Shown piece after piece: positions 13,051 to 27,080 of a stretch of DNA of 50,014 nt (positions are counted from its first letter, which is position 1; each line of letters opens with the position of its first letter). The notes under the pieces were generated by a model that worked only from the letters and a program-made list of their open reading frames with translations, was not told the DNA's origin and did no database searches. Both the position numbers and the translations under genes were made by a program. The stretch lies in NCBI GenBank assembly GCA_051453625.1, contig JBOZIK010000001.1, forward strand, positions 31,297,501 to 31,347,514. The letters are read 5' to 3'. The stretch comes from Welwitschia mirabilis. Lineage: Eukaryota.

Positions 13051-14989
13051 CTGTTGTATAAGCCTTACTCCTAAAATGCGGATTGAGATGCAGAACTGTT
13101 TTTCATTTTGAAGATTGAAATTGTGAGAATAGCTAAAATCGCAAGAGGCAATAACATGGAATTGCCAGGTCCAAAAGACACGAAAATATCAGAGTTTTTT
13201 AGTTTTTACATCCAGGAGCTTATAAACCAGAAAACAACTTAAAGTGTTCAATATGAACTAGATACACAAGCATTTGGAATCATATAAATATTTTTTATCA
13301 TGTGCTGAAGAGTGGACATTTTATCAATTTTTGAAACAATTGGGTCGTACTTCTTGGGAATTGTACATGTGCAAAATGTGATATCCATCAAAATAACAGA
13401 GAAAACAAAAGAAAAAGGACAACGGGATAGAGAAAATAAAACAGGAGAACTGAATAACAACGAAATAATTAAGAAAAGAAATGATGTAGATACGAAATAG
13501 TGGCATACCTTTTACATCACAGAAACAGTGAAAAAAATCACTTTCAATTGATAGATTCGATCCATAATTCAAATATTGAGGTTTTTAGGCCTTCCACATC
13601 TCTAAATTGGACTTCAGAATTGTGAGGATATGGTAAAAGTTTGCTGGAATGAGGATTTTCATGTTTGATTGTATTAACATTACAGTGCAATTCCAGACAA
13701 AGTGGAAATGTGGGAATCGGAATTTTGCTTTAAATCACAATTTTCGCCTCTGGAATTACAATTCTAGTTCGATCATGATTCAAATTTTTTAGTTTTGTTA
13801 CTTATCTTTTGAAGTACAGCCGGAATCACAAAAATTGCAATTCTGAAGGAATTCTCATTTGTATGGTGAAAACTGTTGTAAACGTCTCTGTTTTTTAATA
13901 TAATAGGAATAGTTTGTTTTTATCTGATGTTCTTGCATTATGGCTTCAAATAACTAAACCAATAACTATACCAGAGAATAGCAATTACCAAAAACTCACA
14001 AGGATGAAACCCAAAGGTATAAAAGCACTTATCTAGTAGAGATGCTAAAATCCAAAAGAGGTTTCACTTTAAGTGTTAAAACAGTTTATTTACTTTAAGA
14101 AGATGCACTACCCTATAACGACAGCACCAAGTAATGTGTCAAAATATGGAGACTAAAAAGACACAAGTAAAAAGAAAGACCAAGGTAATAAACTTTCAAC
14201 AGCAAACAAGGTCATAAAGTAACCAATTGAAGGCAATAATTGCTATCAATAATGTGAAATCAATAAGTAAAACCAGTGGCAGAAAAAACCATTTGATTAA
14301 CAAAGTGAAAGGCTTTCTGAAATGGCATGACGAAACCAACACAACTTCTCACATTCCACAAAAGAAATGAAAACTACAAGAAACTGGAAAAGTGGTGTGT
14401 TGTAAATGATGTCTAACATGTGATGAATGGTAAACTAGAAATGAAATAATTGTGAGAACAATCCCAAAATTAGAGGAGTGTGTACAAAGGAATTCAAAAA
14501 TGAATATAACAGGATGAAACTTATTGAAGGCACTACACTCATTACATCTTTGATTCCCTATTAATTTGTTCTTAATATTTCACTAAGATTACAATACTTA
14601 ATCTTGATTATACCTTCATAAAAGTTTTTTTATTAATTCTCCACTTCATGCATTCTGCACTAAGTTTTGTCTTCCTAAAATGACCTAAAATATAGCAATA
14701 ATATTAGAAAAATAATCTTTGTTTATTTAATTTACTTCACTTTTTAAAAACTTAGATTCGTGATTGTTCCCATCCAAATGATTGTATCCTGAATCTTAAT
14801 TTTTATTATAGATGTGACGAAGATGCAATATATTGACATATGTGTTGTTGACATTCTATTATGCACAAAAAATTCTGGAAGACCTGAATGAATTGATGAA
14901 CTTGGTTAATAAGCAAAGATAAAACCTGGATGCTTGTGTTACATGTTCCTTAAGTATTGCACATATAAAATTAATAGAAACCATATATT

Positions 14990-17900
14990 TGTTTCCTTAA
15001 GAGAAATATCAGAAATTGTCTTAAAGAGTAAAGAAGTAAAGTAGAAAAACCCTAAAGGGGGATCAACTCCCAACAGATGATAGCAGTTCTGCAGGGCTAA
15101 AGCAAAAAACAAAATCATAAATAGAAGCATTATCTGCCAAAAATGCAGTTTGAGAGAAATTATGACCAGTAAGAATGAAAACAAAAAGAGAGTGGGAAAG
15201 AAACGAAGATGATTTCTCTGGGATGACACTGTTGTTGTCCTATTGTGCATGACTTCTAGGATTGAAGACTATGTCAATCAACCTGAACATGTCGGCTTTC
15301 AAAAGTGGTTATAATCTAGGCTTGACCAGGGCCAAATTATGGTTGCACATATGTAAGCGTGAAACCAATGTGAGTGGTATTAACAGGTTTTGGGTTGTAT
15401 ATGTGATTACCATCATTTCCAACATTTTCCTCTTTAAAGATGGCACTATAATGCTTTTGTATCTGATCCAAATAAGATTCAGCAAGCTCTGACTGAACCC
15501 ATGAAGATAAATTATGTGTGATTGATTCCATGATTTAATGGAATTCCTAGCACGACATCACTTACGGGATGTAGAATGCCTATTCAGATAGGTCTAGATG
15601 GGGAAACACAGTTCTTGAGTTTTTGGTGAAGTAGAAATAAATGAGGCCAAAGCTAAATATTAATGGGTTACCTCTGGGTTTAGTGACCTAGACCTGAAGC
15701 CAACTGACCCGTGGCAGCATCAGTCGGAGGATTGATGCTCTGCACTTATGTAAGAACCTCATCACTAGATCCCCCTTGGATCCGTGTGATCCCAATGTAT
15801 CCGAGGCTGTTTGATTGACAAATGAGCTACATACAGGGTTGATGGATCTCTTGGGTACTGTTGACCTAAGATCTTGAGAATTTTATGGGGAAGAATGCTT
15901 TTCTGTCTCTTCAGTTGATTTGTTCTTGGAATTCTTCTACTTATGAAGATTTGTGAATTCCAAAAAACAATTTTGTCTTGGGAAAGTAGTGACAGAATGA
16001 CCAGATGAGAATCTGGAGGGTCTGAAAGGACATGGTCAATCCTACATCAGTATAGATCTCTTGTGATTCCAGTTTTTACCTGCTGCTTTATGAGCTTTGT
16101 CAAAAGTGCCTTCATCCTGCACTTAGTGAAGAGTGCCTGTCTACGGCTCTTGTCTTGTTGTGGAGCACACATCTGGGATTGTCCTACCCAATGCCAACGG
16201 ATCTTGGTACTTGAAGTGAATAACGGTTTTCTGGTTGAGAGAAATGAGGCCTTCAACCAGCAATCTTTCTGTGATAGAGTGTAAAATATCTTTAAAAAAT
16301 TAAGCCATGTGTAAAAATAGTTTAAAAAATTGAGTGCCTTACAGAAGCTAATGTATGAAAGTTAATAAACAATGGATCAGAATACAGAAAAGGAATACAT
16401 AAACAGACCACCAAAAAATATCTACATTGTCGACCTTATGGATTTAAATATGAATGAAATCAGGCAACATTTTATACATTCTGAGGTCTCAAGACAATGA
16501 TATACTGTGCCAAAAGATTAAGAAAAAAAACTTGCAAATCAAAGACATTAGTAATGGAATATTTCACCCGTGTGAAGACACATATACAAGCTGCTCAAAT
16601 ATCAAATATTAGATTGCTCACAACCAGCACACAAGTATTGTTCCTCATTGAAGGCAGCAAAAGGAAGGAGTTCAATTTGAAGGCTTGCTTGGCCAGAAAA
16701 AAGAGTATTGGTTCAACTGATGCCAAATGATATAACTGATACTATCATCTTTGGTATCAAAATCTTATACAAAGGAAAAAGGGAATCAGGTTAATATCAA
16801 TTGGAAGTTGGATACGGATGTCACACAAGAGGCAAGAATCTGAAGGGTATTGGAATCACATTGAAGTGGAGTATCAAATAAAAGAAATATAATGATATCA
16901 AATGATACCAAAAGAAATATAAAGAGAAGAATGTTAATGGAAGAAAAAGCTTTCTAAGTAGTTCAGATATGAATTGGAATGAAAGACCAATGCAAGTTAA
17001 TGCAGGACACCAAATGAAGATATAAATTTAAATTATAAAGACAAGGCAATAAGGGAAATAATGTGTTTGGTCAATGAAAAGGGGATACATGCTGAAGTGT
17101 TCTCCCCTAGCTTTGCTTCCTCCCAGATGCTCTGCTATAAATGGACAATGTGGTGTGTATCAAAAATCATGGTTGTAATTACCAGTGGAATGGCATGTAG
17201 GAAGTAATATCCTTACAATTGTTCACTTGGTAATTCTCTTCACGAGATGGACCTGGTTGCAAGATAGTCTTCCTAGTTGGTTTGGCTGAGACATGAGCTG
17301 GATTTCAGACAGATAGCAAGCTGCCTATGCTGCACAAGAATGCCTGAACCAGGTCAGGATTTTATGGACAGAAATTTGTTGCTATGCAGGCTTGTTGTGG
17401 GGACTGGACCTGGATTATGATACATGCCGGTTGGTTGTCAAACATGGCTGTTAAAATTTGCGGTATGCATGATTTTTGACATATGGTTTTTTGTCAATAG
17501 GACCAGAATGCTACTCTAGGTTGGCAGAATTGTTGAGACTGATTTTACACCTTGAAACCATGACAATTAGCCTGAATATTGGTTGTCAAAAGTGGTGATA
17601 AACAAGAATTAAATAGTTAATTATCCTAAGGAGGATGATATTGACAGATTTAGGGTTGTAGATCTGATCATTATAAGTAGCAATAATATTCTTTCCCAAA
17701 GGTAGTGCTATGGTGAATTGGCTAATTCGATTCAAGTTGACAAGATCTTAACAAACCAGTGAATGTCAACCAATCCAATCAACTGATTCCAGGGTCCAAT
17801 GAAAACCCTAGGATGGCATCACCTCTAGCTTAACCTCCGAGGATAGATCTTGATCGATTTCAATGAAGGAAATCAATTATGTAGTTTGGGGCGATTGGGT

Positions 17901-18250
17901 AATGGACGAGGCTGCCGCGTAATGTTAAAGGTCAGTTCTAGGTTTTTTGATCTCAATATGGAGCCAGTTCTCTTCTGTGGAAATCATAGGATCTATGCTT
18001 GGCACAATGTGTAACAACTAGCCCTGTAGATCTTTGAATCGCAGCTCCTCCTATGTGTTTGAGCCCACTTGGTTGACAAATAGATTATATCTGGTGGTCG
18101 ACGGATCTTTGCAGATCTTGGCTGGGCTAGGATGTTTTATTGTCCTTTCTTGTTATCCTTTGCAAATCTAGTATTGATTTGGAAATTCTTGAACTCTGTG
18201 AAGACCTTATGAATGCCTACGAACACAATTCTAGTATTGATTTTATTTTC
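14990..18250 (-). mobile_element. Degenerate L1-type LINE remnants
   Basis: Minus-strand coding-like composition with many stops, a Cys/His knuckle-like stretch near 17130-17200, and a LINE-3'-end-like sequence near 15000-15070. No intact domain could be read. Confidence 0.4.
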
Positions 18251-19805
18251 CTATGAAATTGCATTATAGATATTACTAACTATTATTAGTATTATTTTAA
18301 ATGAGAGCTACCCTCTTCTTTCCCCTCCTGGGTAACTGATCTTCAGCAAGCTGTCTACATGTAGGTTACACTTCCATTGTTTCAAAATGATGAAGCAGGA
18401 GCTTACNNNNNNNNNNNNNNNNNNNNNNNNNNNNNNNNNNNNNNNNNNNNNNNNNNNNNNNNNNNNNNNNNNNNNNNNNNNNNNNNNNNNNNNNNNNNNN
18501 NNNNNNNNNNNNNNNNNNNNNNNNNNNNNNNNNNNNNNNNNNNNNNNNNNNNNNNNNNNNNNNNNNNNNNNNNNNNNNNNNNNNNNNNNNNNNNNNNNNN
18601 NNNNNNNNNNNNNNNNNNNNNNNNNNNNNNNNNNNNNNNNNNNNNNNNNNNNNNNNNNNNNNNNNNNNNNNNNNNNNNNNNNNNNNNNNNNNNNNNNNNN
18701 NNNNNNNNNNNNNNNNNNNNNNNNNNNNNNNNNNNNNNNNNNNNNNNNNNNNNNNNNNNNNNNNNNNNNNNNNNNNNNNNNNNNNNNNNNNNNNNNNNNN
18801 NNNNNNNNNNNNNNNNNNNNNNNNNNNNNNNNNNNNNNNNNNNNNNNNNNNNNNNNNNNNNNNNNNNNNNNNNNNNNNNNNNNNNNNNNNNNNNNNNNNN
18901 NNNNNNNNNNNNNNNNNNNNNNNNNNNNNNNNNNNNNNNNNNNNNNNNNNNNNNNNNNNNNNNNNNNNNNNNNNNNNNNNNNNNNNNNNNNNNNNNNNNN
19001 NNNNNNNNNNNNNNNNNNNNNNNNNNNNNNNNNNNNNNNNNNNNNNNNNNNNNNNNNNNNNNNNNNNNNNNNNNNNNNNNNNNNNNNNNNNNNNNNNNNN
19101 NNNNNNNNNNNNNNNNNNNNNNNNNNNNNNNNNNNNNNNNNNNNNNNNNNNNNNNNNNNNNNNNNNNNNNNNNNNNNNNNNNNNNNNNNNNNNNNNNNNN
19201 NNNNNNNNNNNNNNNNNNNNNNNNNNNNNNNNNNNNNNNNNNNNNNNNNNNNNNNNTACACTTCCATTGTTTCAAAATGATGAAGCAGGAACTTACAAAT
19301 GAAAAAAATCACTCATGTCATAAACTATCCTATATGATATGAATGACTTAATAAAGATTTCCTAGAATTCTTGGTAATGAAAAAAATGCCTACAGATGAG
19401 ATCTTATATGTTGGAGAATTATCTCATGTCAACTTCTATGTTGAGATCATGTCAAGTTCTTTGTTTACAAATACTATTGTTTATTATTTATTAAATCTAG
19501 AAATAAGCAAACACAAGGATATGTGCTGCACCCTGGATGGGTTGAGCCTCAAAGTTTACACTGCATCCAAAGAGTGCCATGAACAAAGAATATTTGTTTC
19601 TTGTCAGCTTATGCCAACTCAGAAGCATAGACCAGGTAGCCACATAATGCTTCTAACGAGGACTATAAGGAATATGCCATTTCAAATTTGATAGAAATAT
19701 AGCGAAATCTAGAAAACAAAAAATGGAGAATAGTATTTGTGCTAAAATTAGAGGTTTCTTTAATGCATATTAACATCAGATTTCACCAGATTACTTTTGA
19801 GATAG

Positions 19806-19855
19806 CCTTGAAAGAGCTGGAAACCGTTCAGACCATATCTGTTCTCTTTTAGATG
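19806..19855 (+). CDS. Putative penultimate exon of an unidentified single-pass membrane protein
   Basis: TAG|C...GATG|GTAGTA, 50 nt, reads xLERAGNRSDHICSLLD. It ends in phase 1, which joins in frame to the exon at 20288. Confidence 0.5.
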
Positions 19856-20287
19856 GTAGTATTTATGTTATACTGTTTTCCTGGTTTAATAAAGTATGTA
19901 AGCTAATTTGTATGGCCGAGACTCTGCTAAATTAGTCTTGTAATTGGTTTGGGAAGCATGTTTATCACAATGCTTTAATTGAGAGACTGTGCTCTGAATT
20001 GTTAGATGTGTGGATTGCTGTGTGTTGATGTTGCTTGAAATTTATGTAGATTCTGTTGGAATTTTTCAAGTGTGAAGTTAAATTGTGTGATACACTAATG
20101 TCCATAAATGGTTGAAGATCTTGGCTTTTCATAACTAGTCACTACATGAGTAACTCTTCTAATTATTTTTTTGTAGTGTTTCTGCTTTATAGCTTGAGGA
20201 AGGCAATACTACCTACATGTTGTGAAAGATGGATGTATAATTAACTGATCTGCTTTTTCCTTGTTTTGCTTTTGCATGTGGTGACAG

Positions 20288-20463
20288 ACACACACATATG
20301 GAGAGGATTCATAGAGAAAATACTTAGTGTTTTAGGAATATTAGCAGCTTTTATTGCAGGTTGTTATCTATGTTATATAGCGTACAGCTACTACTTCGCA
20401 ACTAAAGTGGTTGACCCAACAAACAGTTCCAGAGGGAGCATATATCGTCCAATTCTGTCTTAA
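20288..20463 (+). CDS. Terminal exon of an unidentified membrane protein (TM helix plus short tail)
   Basis: Branch-like CTGAT and a long pyrimidine tract precede GACAG|. Reads (D)THIWRGFIEKILSVLGILAAFIAGCYLCYIAYSYYFATKVVDPTNSSRGSIYRPILS*, with a hydrophobic ~23-aa segment and a YRPI motif. Confidence 0.65.
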
Positions 20464-22797
20464 CCCTAGTTTGGGGAAAAAAAAGAAAGTCAGAAATTTG
20501 CTATATTCCCATACCGTTTCTTTCTATTAAATACACCACTCTTTTTATGAGGTGGTCTACGCAGAATGCAGTGATCTCCCTGCCTTGTCCCTAATATAGG
20601 CTAATATCATCTTGAGTCTATACTCTGATTTATTGCTTTCACATTTTTTAAAAAGCGATTGGTTCTTAATTATTTATTTGAGAAATGTGTGTTTTTCTAA
20701 GCTTTAGCTGGAAAGCAGCTTTTCAGATAACACACCATAAAAAATGATAGATTATCGATTCTGTACACAACTATGTGCGAAAGGGATCCTACAATACATA
20801 CAAAACAATTAATAAAATAAAATTGCTTAAAATTTCAATTTGAGATCACAAAAGCTAATGCCAGAAATTATTTTCTCTTAGTTTCTGATCTCACAGACAG
20901 TCCTTAAATTGGAAGTGTTCGTTACACATCGAGTGACTTGTACACAGTCAGCTTTTACCTTTGTTAAAACGGAATATTGGGATCCTCTCATTTGTACTCC
21001 TATACTTTCCTTTTTTTTGGGTTCTCAGTTTCCTTTTGTTCGACATATATAGGGATTTTGAACCTCCTTTTAGTGGGATCTTAGCAAGGCAGAACTAGGT
21101 CGGAAAATTCACAACCCAACTGAAGGGAAAGTAGAGTTGCATATTACATGCTGACCTTGCATGTAATGCCCATTTCTACTCATGTTTGGTCTTTTGTCCT
21201 GAGAATGTAAAGTAAGAGAGCAAAAACCTCTCAAGCGAAGTTCAGTACAAGAAATGTATATGGTGTGCAATTGAAAGTCGTGAAGAGATGAGTATAAATC
21301 ATCAATAGAAAATTGAGAAAACCATTAACTAGTGCAGTTTTTGTGCACTTGTTAGTCTGCTGCTGTATCATAGCTATTCTTTTTAGAATTGCATAAGCAT
21401 CTGGCACCTTCTCATACTGAGCAATTCCATTATGATCTTGAGGTTTTTGTATATACTGCTTCTCATTCCAAAAATCACTCGCATAGGTTATTGTCCTGTA
21501 TGATACCATCTGAAAATTTTGAATACTTTGTTATCTGGGTCAAGCACCTTCCCCAGGAAAGTAAGGTTGAAATTTTCCCATCTTCTCTGTTCATGAATAG
21601 ATGCGCTTTTAATTACACCTGAACATGATTTCAGTTGTCCTGTTATGTTTGCAGTCTTGATATCTAATTTGCTTTTTTGTACCTCTTTCTAATTCCTCAG
21701 AGTGTGGTGATCTCATATTCTGCCACTTGAGAATGCTATAAACTTTAATGCTAATTAAAGAACTAAAACAAGTAATGATACAAATTAGCTACAAAAAAGA
21801 CTCTCAATGAGAGAGAAACTAGCAATAGTATCATTACGGTAAGGATGAAGGAACAGCCATTTTCATGGATGGACTGAAAATTCAATTATTAAAACAACTA
21901 GATCCAGAAGCCACTGATGAGATTATATGAAGTTTCAACACATGAAGATTAATTAAAGTGGCACGAATGAGATGAGCAAAATTTTAAATGCGGATAAATC
22001 TTGACCTATCATAAATCCCGGTTCACATAATTTTGGGTATCAAATAGATTTTGCATAGAATAGCCTTTAACTCCAAATAGAATCACTCCAAATTCATAAT
22101 TGATCAGGTTTCCTGAACCATATTGAAAGCTCATGTTACACTTTCATTGGCTTATGCATATGTTTAATGTCAAGAAACCATACGACTTCAATCACACTCA
22201 GATCTTTGTTCTTTGTAGGTGTTGATTTAGTTGGTTTGGATAACTTTTCCATGAGATACCATTGATAAGTGGATAACAACCATTTTTCCTAACTTCACCT
22301 TGTTGACAATGAAGAGGATGCATTCTCAATGTTTGAAAATAATCACTAAGAAGATTTTTCTTAAGTCAATCACGTCTTGTTATGTAAAGTGTCAATGTTA
22401 ATAAATAAAATTAATGCAAAAACGGTCTTAGTGTTATAAAATGATCATAAGGAAACTAAAGAGTATAAAAGAGAGGATTAGTTAAGGAACAATTAATCTT
22501 ATTAACATTATGCGAGGAGAGGTGTGTTTTGGAAATGAGTCATGATTGTGATGAAGGGTTGCAATGGCAATACAAGATCATGGTTGTGACATTAGCTGGG
22601 GGTAGACACAGAGCAACTAGTCCTTTTGACAAACCTTGGCTTAACCCTACGTGTGCTCTTGGAATAGGGACGTTGTCATAGTTGTTTTTTGTTCATGTCC
22701 ATTAGTTTATTGCCCTATGCTTTGTGTTCATTGTGTGTGTGGACCATAATTTTTTGACAGATATTAATAAAATATTATTGTTTTCACTTGAGTGTGA

Positions 22798-22873
22798 AAA
22801 AGATATTCCAATACAAACTACTTTTTGGGCGGTTGCAAAAGATATTCCAACAAAAACAGCTTTTTGGATTCTT
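22798..22873. repeat. 39-bp tandem duplication (2 copies)
   Basis: AAAAGATATTCCAA...CTTTTTGG repeated at 39-bp spacing. Confidence 0.8.
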
Positions 22874-22989
22874 ACAAGTTGTCTTGACAAATCTCTCTTT
22901 TTCTATCGGAGGAAACTGCCCAATTTTTCCATTAGATTTCAAAAAAGAGATAAGTGGAAAGCTGAGAACTTAGTCATTAACCATAGCTT

Positions 22990-23720
22990 TCAGCTGAAAA
23001 AGCATTAATGTACTTTGCATAAAGCTGATGCTTCTTTATCCCGAGTGTCATCATCCTCTAGCATGAAGAAAAGATTTCCATAGGACATGGCCTCAATCCA
23101 AATACTACTTCTTGTGCTTCTTTTATTTTGGAAAACATTGAGATTACGGTGCTTCCAAAGGCAGTAACAAGTACAAATGAACAATCCTTGTTTCTTCTCT
23201 TAATTTTATAGCTTAGCTTGGTTTTAAGTTTCCATCAATTCACAAAATGGCACCTGCATGTTTTGCCATGAAGACAATCCTTCCTTTGCCCAAACATTAT
23301 TTGCCAAGATGCAATCTTTCATAATGTGACATGTGTCTCCCTGTTGGTGATAGTAGTCACAGTTTGAAATAGCCATTAGACTTCGCTCATTCAAATATTT
23401 TTCAATTAGTAATTTGTTCTTTCATAAGAGAGCAATTAACCTTAGCTTTGGTGTGGGTATGTCACTCATCCACCAAGGATGTAAAGGGTCCTCATAGTTG
23501 AAAATAATTCATGACTTCCAAAATATTGGTGATGCTCATTCCAAAAGTGTTGCCCATTGGTGAATCTTTTCAATATGCTGTTATTGACATTCTTATGGAT
23601 AACCATGTAGCTTAGTATTTTACTCTAGTAGGTCCTCTTAGCTTGTTATTTAACTCTTCATGCCAGGTGAACTCAATATTACAAATGGGTTTCAAAATCT
23701 ATTATCGTCATCTTAAGAAA
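22990..23720 (-). mobile_element. L1-type LINE ORF2 C-terminal remnant (zf-RVT region)
   Basis: Minus translation gives NCDYYHQQGDTCHIMKDCILAK (decayed CCHC finger), followed by CYCLWKHRNLNVFQNK, matching the WxxWKxRNxxxF motif of plant L1 ORF2. Confidence 0.7.
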
Positions 23721-23940
23721 AATGGATGTATTTAAAGTAGGATAAAAACATCATGATATTCAAAATTGCTTATTGTATACAAAGAGATTAAAAACATTCA
23801 TGAAATAAGAAGTAATTGAAATATTGCTATGTGATTCTTCACATAGTTCTCCCAATGAGATGTATCTCCATAGAAGGTTTGCTTAGATGTTGACTTTGTT
23901 AGGAATAAATGTGTAAAGATGATATATGAGAACTTAAAAG

Positions 23941-24008
23941 TGACCCTACAAATGTACATATCTGAAGGAATCCTTGACCCTACAAATGTGCATATATGAA
24001 GGAATCCT
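23941..24008. repeat. 34-bp tandem duplication (2 copies)
   Basis: TGACCCTACAAATGTRCATATMTGAAGGAATCCT x2. Confidence 0.9.
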
Positions 24009-25699
24009 TAGCATAACTATGGTTAGTTACTATCTTACATCTATCCAGAGTGAGAAGTCAAAAGATGTTGACAAAACAAAACAAAGATATTAACCTAGAG
24101 TTAAAAACTTACATATCATATCCTCAAAAACTATTTTTCTTCGATATCTTATCATATACATTAAAAGCATTGGGTAAATATTGACTTCTTATTGGGCTGT
24201 TCTTGATCTTTGGAAATCCTAAAGTTAGTGCAAAACTCCTCTGAAAGTAATGATTCTTAGAAATGGATCTCTATGATTAAGCACAAACAGTGATAGTTGC
24301 ACTATGTGAGGCAAATTTTATTCTTTGACAATATGACCAAATATAGTAATCTCGAAGGAAGCAAAAAGCTTTAAGACACTTTGTAACAGGGGAAAAGAAA
24401 AAAGGAAAGTTTAAGAAAGACCCTATAGTTTTTGTGATCATGAAAACTATTTAATTAGACACACCTTCAATCATGAAAGACACACATTCAGGAAAGGGGA
24501 AATTCAATGACATAATGATTTGTAGAACTTCAATCGAGCTTTTTGTTCATAGGTAAGCTATTCTAATGAGGCATGGGCCAAGGGGCAGTAGGAGTGAAAT
24601 GAACACCTCTTTCGAGGTATGTTATAGAGTTTATGGAACACTTGTTTTGTACTTGTACTTGGAGTATCCAAGTTTTGTGGGCCCTTACTTTTAATGTGCA
24701 CAACATGAATTATGCCAAATTTAAGATGAAGTTGATGCTACGTGACATTCATAAGTAACTGCTTGGCACTTGTGGAAAGTCAAAAATGGGATTATTTTGG
24801 AAGAGGTTGCTCTTTTGTTCCTTTGAAAGATGTGGGTTCCTCTACTTTGCTCAATTAAAAATATCTTAAGCTACTGGTGGAAAACCTTAATTATGAGCTA
24901 TTAACATTCGAGAAGCATAAAGCTAAAACCAATTTATGGCAAATAGTGGTCTTGTTAGGGTGAGAGGGATTAATTCAATAGCTGTGGGGGAACCCCAACT
25001 TGAACACATTGGAATTGCATAGGAACTATAGGTGATAACACTGCCTTTAGATGTATGTAAATTAGATTTTCCATGTAGAGTAGTGTCTCACTTTGGGTTC
25101 CTTAAGGAGAGTCAGTTCGTGGACATTCTCAACAATCGACATATTAAAGTTTCTCACTTATATCCAAAAGGCATTTCTATGAAATCTAGTAGACATTTGG
25201 ATACTACCACACTTAACCTCCTCTTGTAGCTAGGTGTGAAAATGGTACATAAACTATATAAAAGATATCAATTTTTGCTTTGACAAAGGTCCTTTCTTTG
25301 TATATATCATGTTAGGCATCTTAACTTAGTGTTGGTCCTTTGGTATGTTGCTAAAAATCCACTCTAAAGTTTTAGCCAACTAAATATTTTGTGTGCCAAG
25401 CACCATCGACAATGTTTTTCATAAGCAAAGTTGTCTTCTTCTTAGGTGTTTTCCAAAGCCTCATCCCTTACTGTTTGTCCCTTTTCTCCTTGTCTTCCAT
25501 TCCTTTGTATTCTTGTTGCTTTGCTTTGTCACCTACTCACTACACTTTTCCTTCTTTAGAGATTCCCTCTTGATGTTATGTGCTAATCAAATTCTTTTCT
25601 TTTTCTAGTTTTCTAGCATCTTCGATCTCCATCCCTTTGGATCCTTTTCATCTCATTCCATTGCTCCTTGTCTAAAGTAGAACCGTCCCTACTCACATT

Positions 25700-26160
25700 C
25701 TTTTGAAGTGGTGAATTTTCTAGTTTAGTAGCTTTCCCACCTACAAATTTTTATGCAAAATTGAAATGGAGGAAAGTCTTATAGGCTACCATTGTGAATT
25801 TGAAGACATATTCATCTATAACCTTAATTATGCTTCCAACCTTGGAATGCTAGAGGGTTATAGGAGGAACACTTTGGAGCTTTATCCAACCAAAGTCTAA
25901 TAATTTTGAAGACATTCAAAGAAGGTAATGAAGTTGCTAAAGTTATTTCTAGACAATGGAAGCTACTAAATTGTTTGCCTGGAAGAGAATTTTCTTTGTT
26001 GCAACAGGGCTTAGTCTAGTTCATGTTTTTTAAAGTTAGTGTACCTTGTTCATGGTATAGCTAGGTGGATTTCTTTTAATTTGTTTATACAATGTGTAAT
26101 TTGTTATTAATATAAAAATTAACCTTTTACTTTAAAAAAGAAAAGAAAATTAAAAAAAAT
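25700..26160 (+). mobile_element. 3' end of an L1-type LINE (RNase H-like tail plus A-rich tail)
   Basis: TFKEGNEVAKVISRQW (~25912-25960) resembles the HxxREGNxVADxLA RNase H motif. An A-rich tail follows at ~26134-26159. Confidence 0.55.
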
Positions 26161-26199
26161 CGTACATAATTGTACTAGGACTAATTTTCCTTTTCCTTT

Positions 26200-27080
26200 A
26201 AAAACTTTTAGTTAGGATCTAGCATGTTGCATCTTAGTTAGAGATTGATGCATAATGCATGTAGCTTAACCAATCTTCATAAGTTGTGAGCTTTAATGTC
26301 TTGGTTTTGAGTCTTATGTTCTATAGGTCAGCCTTGCGGTTCTATATGTGTATTCAAGGTGCACTGGACATGGGCTTTGATATCTCAGGTATGAACCAAA
26401 AGCTAGAAGTAGACATTTGGTAGTCAACTCTTAGGTCAATAGAGATTATGGATTTTCATCAAGTGAAGCAAACTAGTTACCATAGTAAGTGAGGTATAGT
26501 TTTCAATGAATTAACTTCATCCTTTTTGAAAAAGTAAAAAAAAGAAAAAGCAAAATCCTCCATCTTCATCTAAAGCTTGCATTATATTTAGTTACATGTC
26601 TACTATCAAATGTTTCTTACACAATTAAAGCAAACAAATCGAGATGGAAAGATATAAGCATTTCATTTTAAATTTCATTAAGACCTTTATAATGGTGTGC
26701 TTTAAATGACATTGAGGAAAGTAGATAGATATATAGAATTATTTTTCTAAAGAATTTGATTAATGGAAAACTGTGTTGCACTTGCTTAAGTCACTAGTCT
26801 ACTTGGTCAAACGAAAACCCATGTGTGGCCCTTGTTGACCAAGGAGCTATCCACCAAATGTCTAAATCTTAGTTGTAGTTTTGAAGCTTACACTGAGTGT
26901 GGTTTTGAAGCTTACACTAAGTGTGTTTTAAGAACATGGGTAGAATCACAAGCCAACTCGCACATATTAGGACTCAAATAGAGGACTTTAAAGCTTTCCA
27001 CTTGTAAACGTGAGTTATATTAGCTACACTATACGTTAAGCTCAAAAGACCCATGAAATCATGTGTATTACTAATAGTTT
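26200..27080. mobile_element. Foldback/long-TIR non-autonomous element, copy 2 (~300-bp arms)
   Basis: TAGACATTTGGT (26410) pairs with ACCAAATGTCTA (~26853). Inverted similarity extends over ~26200-26518 vs ~26750-27080, and both arms align with the 12-kb copy. A 24-bp tandem duplication lies inside the right arm. No TSD resolved. Confidence 0.7.

Noticed and set aside
21231-21509. 92-aa minus-strand ORF
   Set aside because: No recognisable motif, and the same frame has several stops just upstream.
21488-21618. Minus-strand terminal exon (GVIKSASIHEQRRWENFNLTFLGKVLDPDNK...) that would join 32045 in frame to give an 81-aa protein
   Set aside because: The acceptor at 21619 lacks a U-rich tract. 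The better acceptor near 21737 gives an early stop in that phase, and no homology was recognised.
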